A stretch of 62,616 nt of DNA, filler included, from Dugesia japonica (lineage: Eukaryota): the NCBI GenBank assembly GCA_001938525.1. It is 5 parts of 5 records of this genome, joined end to end, with 100 filler letters (N's around TTAATTAATTAA, not from the genome) between each part and the next. Parts side by side here need not be neighbours in the genome. Positions count along the whole stretch, not along the records: positions 53,133 to 62,616 come from MQRL01641613.1; 4 more parts are not named here. One strand, 5' to 3'. Within the stretch, counting starts at the first letter, position 1, and each line of letters starts with the position of its first letter. Positions 54,461-62,616 of the stretch are shown piece after piece. Made by a program: the position numbers and the translations under genes. The notes beneath the pieces were generated by a model that worked only from the letters and a program-made list of their open reading frames with translations, was not told where the DNA came from and did not search any database.

Positions 54461-54703
54461 ATATTTTTGTTTAATAAATATCTGTAACCAGAAGTTTAAT
54501 TTCTTTTCTTTGATAATAACAATAAGGGAAAAATATTGAACCCGAAATAAAGGTTTATCGTTGTGTACCTTCCATTAAGAGTAAGGTCAACCGCCATAAA
54601 CTGAAAACCTACCACGGGGACGGTAGGGTAAATTCTTGAAAGGGTTCCCCTGAGGGCTGTTTTTTCCCCAGCACCTTTTCTGTGTCACTCAACTCGGGGT
54701 TTC

Positions 54704-54753
54704 ATTAAGTTTCATTACATCACTAATCCAGGGATGATGTAATGAAACTTAAT
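54704..54753. repeat. Perfect 19-bp stem, 12-nt loop hairpin
   Basis: attaagtttcattacatca / tgatgtaatgaaacttaat. Confidence 0.9.
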
Positions 54754-55219
54754 CCTAATGCATTTAGTTTGGAATTTAAAAATTGCTTCATAAATTGCAT
54801 CATTGGGTAACTATTACGTTACTGTTTTAGTATTTACCTGTATATTTAGTTGAGAAAAAAAATTTGCATACAAATTATGTCATCAGATTAATTTCATCGG
54901 TGTAATTTTATGTAATAGGATTAACTGTTTTCAAATTTTTCCAAGGAAAACTTTTTAGGCTTTTTAGGCTGTAAAACAGTCCAAATGTTTGAAACAATAT
55001 GTTCTATATATCAGATTTAAAAATATTTTACAGCTAACTGTTAAAAATTTTACTGGGATCATTTCTCACAAATGACAATTTTTCGAAAACATTTTTCTTC
55101 TCAAATAGGTGAGCAAAGTGTCTATTCGATAGTAAATGTTTTGCTGATTCTAAATATGTTAACCTAAAATTGCCAAAGGTAATACCCGATAAAATAAATG
55201 AGGTTTGGTAGTGAAAAAT

Positions 55220-56700
55220 CTTCAAAATTCAGAGTTTAGTGCTCAGATCTCTGTGCTCAGAGAACTGCTATTGACTCTAATTTGGTATTATTTTACTCAG
55301 GAAGAAAATATGATTGTACAAAGTTAAAATATCGTCTCAGGAAAAATGCTTCCTAACGAATATGTACAGCCGTCCTCCAGGATTTGGCGACATTTTTCGA
55401 AAATATCAAAAGTACCTCAACATTTATCAAAATTAATACTATTCGATAGAAAACTTTACGTGAGTACGAATAACAAGGGTAAAAATCAACAAATCTTATA
55501 TATAAAAGGTTATATAGAAAAAACAAGTACTTTATTTGGGAGTCCCCGATGAACATTAAAAAATAATTAAAAACACAAGTATATATCAAAATTAAAAAAG
55601 ATAATTAAATTTTCGACTAAAATTTATTTAATAAAAAATTTGATCAATCAGTCTGTTTTGTTTGTTATCTGGTTAAATTTTTCAAACTTTTTTATGTGAT
55701 GACTTTTTAATTGGTAATAATTTCAAGCTTCTTAGCTATTTTCAAGCTATTTAGTTAGTGATAATTTTTTAGACTTTTAGATTGTGATAGTAGATCATTT
55801 AAATTAGTTAATTTCATATGATAAAGATACAAGTCGCTGGTTGACAGTGGTCAGAGATTGGTTCCCAATGGTCAGAGATTGGTCAATTCGGGGAAACTTG
55901 GTCGGTTTTAGGTAATTTTTCGATGATTTTGGTTAATCAATTTCTTGGTAAGGGTGATTTGGTCAATTATTTTATTTAAATTAGTTAATCTCATATGATA
56001 AAAATACAATTCATTCCCAAGTACATTACAAATTAGTTGACCTTAATTAATGAAATGTTAATAAATTGTATGTTTAGAAAAAACAAACATTAATGTTGAT
56101 TGAAAATTTCATCGATTAAGTTAACTAATTAGGACAATTATTGCTTATTTTAAGTATATTCAGGCAGTTTTCAATTATTTTAGTAAAATAATTTTCTCAA
56201 TGAGATCAAATCGAATTAACTTTTAGTCAATTATGGCCTATTTGATAAGGAATTTCCTAATAATGATCTATTTACTAAGGAATTTCATTGGTCAAATTTA
56301 AATTTCCAACAAATAATTAGTCACCCCCATTGATTTTTAACATTTATAGTTATAAGATGATAAATAAATTATAAATTAATTAATAAATGATAAATTATTC
56401 TCATACATTGAATTTCAATAATAGTTTATTTTCTTTCCATATCATTACATTACCTCACCCGGTTAGTACAGTCTGTTCACATCCAGTCTCAAATTGCTAA
56501 CGCTCAAGACCGTTAGCTTCCAATCGAGTCCGTTCATAAATGAACTTGTCGATCAGCTTGCGTAGTTTTAACTAAGCTAAGGTCGATTACGGTATTTACA
56601 TATCCGGTAGCAGTGATTCTAAACGTTCACATACGGTCATGAATATACACCACTACAATTGTTTAAAAACAATCAGTCATCATCTTTTTAAAAAAAACAG
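55220..56700. repeat. Unclassified dispersed repeat shared with 14160-16330
   Basis: Same three blocks in a different order. Confidence 0.75.
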
Positions 56701-57060
56701 CATATTTATTCGTGATCACTGTTTTTTACAATTTATAACACAATTACAAAAATTTCAATTACATTTAATTAAAAAGACCATAACTAAAAATTACAGTGGA
56801 TAACTTCACAGAAAAATTAAATATTAATACAATTTGCTTATTTAATATTGTATGTAAAATTAATTAGATATAACTTTTAATATATCGAAAAATGTCCTTC
56901 CTGATTTACTTTTCAGAAGAAATTAGCTCCTATGTACTCATTAAATGCGTACATTCACATATGAGCGCACTTTATGCGTTCAATAGTCATTAATAAGGTC
57001 GCATTGTGTGTTTATTAACCTATATTATTTACTTTAGTATGATATGAATACACTTCGTGA

Positions 57061-57234
57061 ACTCCAAGGTTTCATATATATAATTGGGTAGTTAATATTT
57101 CACCAGGTTTCTTTTGGATTAAAGTGTCCAGAAAAGGAATCTGAAAGTCAATTGATTTCTCTAAAGTGAATTTAATATTAACTATCCAATTATATATGGA
57201 ACCATTTCACATTGGACATATATACCTTGGAGTA
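57061..57234. mobile_element. MITE-like foldback element
   Basis: actccaagg...ccttggagt ends; ggtttcatatatataattgggtagttaatatt pairs with aatattaactatccaattatatatggaacc. Confidence 0.6.
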
Positions 57235-57699
57235 GTAATACTACCATCAGCCAGAAAATTGGTATAATTAAAGGTGAAACAATTCTATCTGAGAGACTAT
57301 CTTCAGTAGATAGATAGTGGCTCCACGGCACAATTTTAGGGGACCCCTTCCATCCCGTGGGGGTCTCGAAAAATGCTTACGATGGAGCTATAATTTTTTG
57401 AATAGTTTTTTTATCTTGAAAATGTGTCTGTATTTTTAAATTTTAAAATTTGTGTTTTTGAGTTGCTAAGGGGGTTAAAATAAAGTAGGTCAAGTTGAGT
57501 TTGTGTGTGTGAAAATAGAAATTGGACGCGAAGGAGAGCTGGAGATCTTGGAAATAATTTTTCCAAAGCTTTTAAGAGTTGATTGTGATTGTACAAAAAT
57601 ATTGTCTACATTTTGTCTAAAAGACTTATGAAGTTGGATGTATGGCTTTTGCTAGAAATGTAGTGACGCCTGGACACAAAAATTTAAGGTGGAAATGGA

Positions 57700-58591
57700 T
57701 CTTATCTTCACAAACCAATAATCGAAACTATAATAAATTATAATGGCGATAGTAAGGATATATGTCTTGCAGCAATGGGATATGGATCAGAAGCAGATAG
57801 AAAAAAGTCTATTGCAAAATCAAAACCATTGTCTCTATGTGGTTCTTTGCAACTCGATTTCATGGATCAACCGAAATACCTTATTCCTGGTGTTAATGTT
57901 CATATTCGATTGAAACGATCATATTCTAAGATTTGTTTGGAATCTTCAGCTAATGAACCTAAATATGTATTACTAGATGCCAAATCAATGATTAGACGTG
58001 TACGCGTTGAACACTAGTACTAGTTGCTGACCAAATTTGGCTAAAAAACAAAATGCTGTTTATCCAATAAGAACCAAAAATGTCGTTGCATTTGCAATTA
58101 GTAAAGATAGTTCATCGTTTTATAAGGAACAAATCTTTGGTGATCGTCGATTGCCTAGCTTTATTTTGGTTACATTTCAAAGTGGTGAACAATATAACTG
58201 TACCAATTAAAGCTCGAGTTCAACATTTAAAAATCTAGATGCTGTTTCCGTTTCCTTGATGAAAAACACTGATTATCGAGAAATATATACTCAGAATTTT
58301 ACAAACGATAATTATGCTACATCATATATGCAATCTATCTTAATAAATATGGGATATTTGGATAAGAATATGAATTGTGGAATAGCACTTCAAGATTAAG
58401 GATAATTATTCATTCTTTAAATTTGTTCTTGCTCTAGATTTCGATATAAATCAGAGTCAATTACCTCAACAAAGAAATTTGAGATTGGATATCAAGTTTG
58501 CCTAAGCTTTAACTACATCGGCATATGTTCTCATTTATGGAGTATTTGAAAAAGAAATCCAGATTAAAGAAAATGAAAGGGTATTGGTTTA
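57700..58591 (+). pseudogene. Polinton/adintovirus major capsid protein (PY/hexon), C-terminal part
   Basis: LCGSLQLDFMDQPKYLIPGVNVHIRLKRS, LDAKSMIRRVRV, NAVYPI, EQIFGDRRLPSFILVTF, NLRLDIKFA match the Polinton double jelly-roll MCP pattern; frameshifted. Confidence 0.8.
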
Positions 58592-58929
58592 AAAATTGCA
58601 ATAAAGTAAGAGTTATTGTTTAATTTATTGTTTAATTCTATTCAGATTGAACGGAGTGCATCAAAGTTACTTGGATCAGTATTTTTCAGTAAACATTACC
58701 TTAATCGTGGATACTCATACAAAAAATCTGTGGAGAATATTATATAGCTGTTTACTTGAGAGACAACACTGTTTATTATAAAGAAGCAACATTACAGTTG
58801 AAAGTTTTACTTTCTTGTATTTGTAGAATACGAAATATATGTTTTATTGACGAATATCTTGTTCATTTTCTTAAATAGTACTAAAATATTACTCTATTTA
58901 TTTAAAGCGGTTATTATATATTAAATTTT

Positions 58930-59070
58930 TACATGGCTATTATGTAAATAAACCATATAATACACAGTTACTATGTAAATAAACCATATAATACACAGTT
59001 ACTATGTAAATAATACACTCATAAACCAATTGTAGTTAAAAAACTATTTACTTATAAGTTTTTTATATAA
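58930..59070 (+). repeat. ~31-bp tandem repeat; related array at 60430-60680
   Basis: ctatgtaaataaaccatataatacacagtta repeated; both arrays end cttataagttttt(t)atata. Confidence 0.75.
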
Positions 59071-62005
59071 ATAATACAAGAAAGAAACAAAATTATTATT
59101 CAAATCTATTTATTAAACAACAAAATAATAATAATTAAATTAATTCCAACCAAACAAATAAAATATCACAATAAATGACAATAAAGTTACAGCAATAAAT
59201 TTATTTCTCTTTTGGATCTTCAATTCTTCCTTAATTTTGTGCATGAATATTGATCGTACAATGAGTTCAACATATTCATATTTTCTCAATAGACCATTGT
59301 CGATCCTGCTTAGGAATTGAATGTCATCAACCATCATCATCCACTGGTAATTCATCTGCCAATTTTTTAATCTCTCTTTCCACTTGATTCATTTTGTCAA
59401 CGGATCCACTGGTAATTGCATCAGTAATTTGTTTAATTCCTCTTTCGACTTGGTTCATTTTGATCATTGTAAAAGTGTCTTATTTTACAAAACCTGCTGT
59501 TTATATACTTGCTATGATACACACATACTCGTTATTTGTGAGTTCCTGTTGGATATTATTTGCTATAATTTATATGATTAGTTGATATTTATTTTAACGG
59601 TTGCAATTAGTTGTTGTTTGCTTAAATTGATATGATTTGTTAATATTTGTTTTAACAGTTATGATTGGTTACCGGGTTATTATAAAAAAGATTGGCTTTT
59701 AAATTAAATTCACTTTTTATAAAATGAACACTTGTGAAATCATTATGGAAAACACTGTCCAAGGAGAGGAAGGGCTTGAAAAATGAAGAAATAGAAAATA
59801 TAATGGAAGCCAATGATGACGGAAAAATCAATATTAATGAAGAAAAAAGTTTTGAAGATGAAAAGGGGGAAGATACATGTCATGATGATGATGATGGTGA
59901 TTATAGTGGTTATATTGAAATTGAAGGCAGAAATTATGAAAATTATTATGGTAAGAGTTTATTTTATTATTATTTTATTTAATTGTTTTTTTTAGAATNA
60001 GCGTTGGAGATATTACATGAAAGATTATCAGACTTTCTTCGTGAATATATGCTGTTGATGATTAATGAATACTTTTAACATCTAATGCTGACAAAAGCAA
60101 TAGACATGTTTCAAGATATGAACAATTTCATCATAGAACTTCAATCGGATTTCCCTCTCAATGAAACAAGAACCATTATGAAATCGTAAAATAAATGATT
60201 TTGAAGGTGACTGAAGAATATGCAAAAACAATAATGTGTAAATAAATGTTATATTAATAAATATTTTATTACATAATTGTTTTCTTTTATTTTTTCTATA
60301 ATTATTAAATTAAAAAAAAAATTTTACTAAATAAATAAATACTAAGTTATACAATATTTTGAATAAATTAATGTACGATAATTAATTTTATGAACATACA
60401 TTTTTCGGGGTGACTTCTTTTTACATCGTTAATATGTAAATAGCATACTCATAAACTTTATAATACAAGGTAACTATGTATATTATACATTATACTAAAT
60501 AATATACTCATAAATCTTATAACACATGGTTGCAATGTAAATAATAGCCCCACAATCATTATAATACATGGTTGCTATGTACATAATACAAGGTAACTAT
60601 CTAAATAATATACTCATAAACCCTATACTCATTAATCCAATACAATCATAAAAATATTTTCTTATAAGTTTTTATATAGACTTATTAGTTATAAATGGAA
60701 AGGTTCCATGAATTTATGATTTTTATGAAAAAACGTTCAATGTTTTTATCATATTGTTCTCAAAAATGTTTTCAGCTAATATGTTTTCTATTATAAATTG
60801 CATCACTAATGAAATTCTTTATTAAAAATTGTAGCACTAATAAGATTTTCAACTCAATTCTTTGGTTATTTTGAAAATTGTTTTTTTTATTATTTTATTA
60901 ATGTAAATAATTGTAATGAGTAAAAAAATTAATGCATTAAGGATGCAAATTTGGTCCAACAAATAAGCAACACAAAATCACATTTCAAATAATTTTTAAC
61001 AATTTTTAAACTATTAAATATACTTCAAAGTCATTTTTGCAACACAAAAGATGCATTCATGCAACACACAAATATTTTAGCTCTAAGTTACTTTTGCCAG
61101 CCTATAGCCTGATTTTGATAGCAAACTCAAATATACCTTCAAAACACGAAAATTTTCACCCGTCACCCATTCTGTCGCGATTTTCATTTAAAAAACACAT
61201 TTTTACACTCACACAAGCACCGTTACATTTGAATTACTAAACCTTTTTACCATCACTTGTCCCCCATGTTCCTCTTTCAATCAAAGCAAAAATCATCCAA
61301 ATCCAACAAAATACCGCAACACTGGAACCTATTAACTGAAATCTGAAAACGCGTCACTGTAACCAACAGAAACATTTTTTGTAAAAGGTCATTAGATACA
61401 GACTTAAAAAGTCCATTCAAATACAACATCGAAACCTTATAAAAGATAAAATAGATAGAGGACACAAAAAGAAGAAGAAAAGAAAAAAAATTTTAATTTG
61501 GCGCCAAAATAATTTTCATCATAAATAATATAAATTTTACTTTTAAAAAAATATGAGTTTTGATATTGAAAATATTTAATAGAGTAAATCTTGTCACAAA
61601 TAATACTGCATTTACTCTATACATAGTCATTTAATATACTTAATTTTTCTACCTTTTTTAATTTTGACTTATTTCTTACCATTTCCCATACTTTAATCAT
61701 TTTCAATCATTTACACTATATTTTCCCGATTTACTTCTATTTAGCTATATTTTCCCTTATTTTCCATCATTTGCCACTATTTAACTATTTATAGCTATAT
61801 TTAGCTATATTTAACATATTTTCACTATTTTCATTTTGGTTTTAATGCATCTATTCATAGACTTCACTTAAAAAGTGTCATATATTAATAAAAGAAGATA
61901 ATAAGACTGAGTGAGACCTAGTATGATAAGCTTTTTATTTAAAATAATATAACTATTTCATATTTTTTAATAATCTGATTATTCTTCTCCTTATTTTCTT
62001 GCTTC

Positions 62006-62616
62006 TTGGTTCTCTGCTTGCTCATTAGTAAGGATTTGTGTGGGATACTAATGGTATCAGATTCCAGCACTAATGGTCTCATTACCCATCTAAAATTAAA
62101 ACATCACATTGAACTGAAAATCTTAGAAACTTCAAAACCACCAACAAAAATAATAAAAATTGATTCTTTCTTCAGTAAAAAATGTGAAAGCGTTGAAGAA
62201 ATTATATCAAAGCTTGTGGCGGTTGATGGACTTACTTTTCATCAAATTTCTAACAGAACTTTGCTTCAACGATTCTTCAAATCAGAGGGAACTGCTCTAT
62301 TAACCAGTAGAACACAAATTAAAACTTTTTTCATGAAAAACTTCCAGAATGTTAGAGGCACAATCACTAAAGAAATTGATGAAATTAAAGAATCAGACGG
62401 CCACTTTTCATTAAGCTTTGATTAATTGACATCTATCAGAAATCGAAGAATTTTGAACCTGGATTTACATTCGACTAGCCAATTATTTTCTCTGGGATTG
62501 ATTAGAGTAATGGATAGAATTACAGCAGAAAGGATGACGCAACTTGTCGAAGATTGGCTACAATATCATGTATGTATGGATGATGATGTTGTTGCATCTA
62601 TGACAGATGGAGCAAG
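62006..62616 (+). pseudogene. hAT transposase (BED finger plus DDE N-terminus), in-frame stop, runs off the window
   Basis: STNGLITHLKLKH BED finger, FSLSFD*LTS first catalytic D, SLGLIRV, MTDGA second D. Confidence 0.85.

Overview
Very AT-rich, repeat-dense eukaryotic draft-assembly DNA. The 43-54 nt introns, (TAA)n tracts and TE families suggest an invertebrate such as a planarian flatworm (inference). It is not one contiguous locus: four artificial 100-nt spacers (N44-TTAATTAATTAA-N44) join five segments. The only well-supported host gene is a minus-strand, multi-exon poly-ubiquitin-like gene (11202->631) with about 15 divergent UBL domains. It has mostly one domain per symmetric phase-2 exon, a single RLRGG junction formed by splicing, three GC-AG introns, and one 5.3-kb intron filled with nested transposons. 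The rest is mobile-element debris: at least four Ty3/Gypsy elements (one with ~80-bp LTRs), Polinton/Maverick pieces (pPolB, ATPase, integrase, major capsid, a 2.3-kb mini-element with TIRs and TSD), mariner and hAT remnants, Penelope-type palindromes carrying minimal hammerhead ribozymes, and two diverged copies of an unidentified two-ORF cassette.
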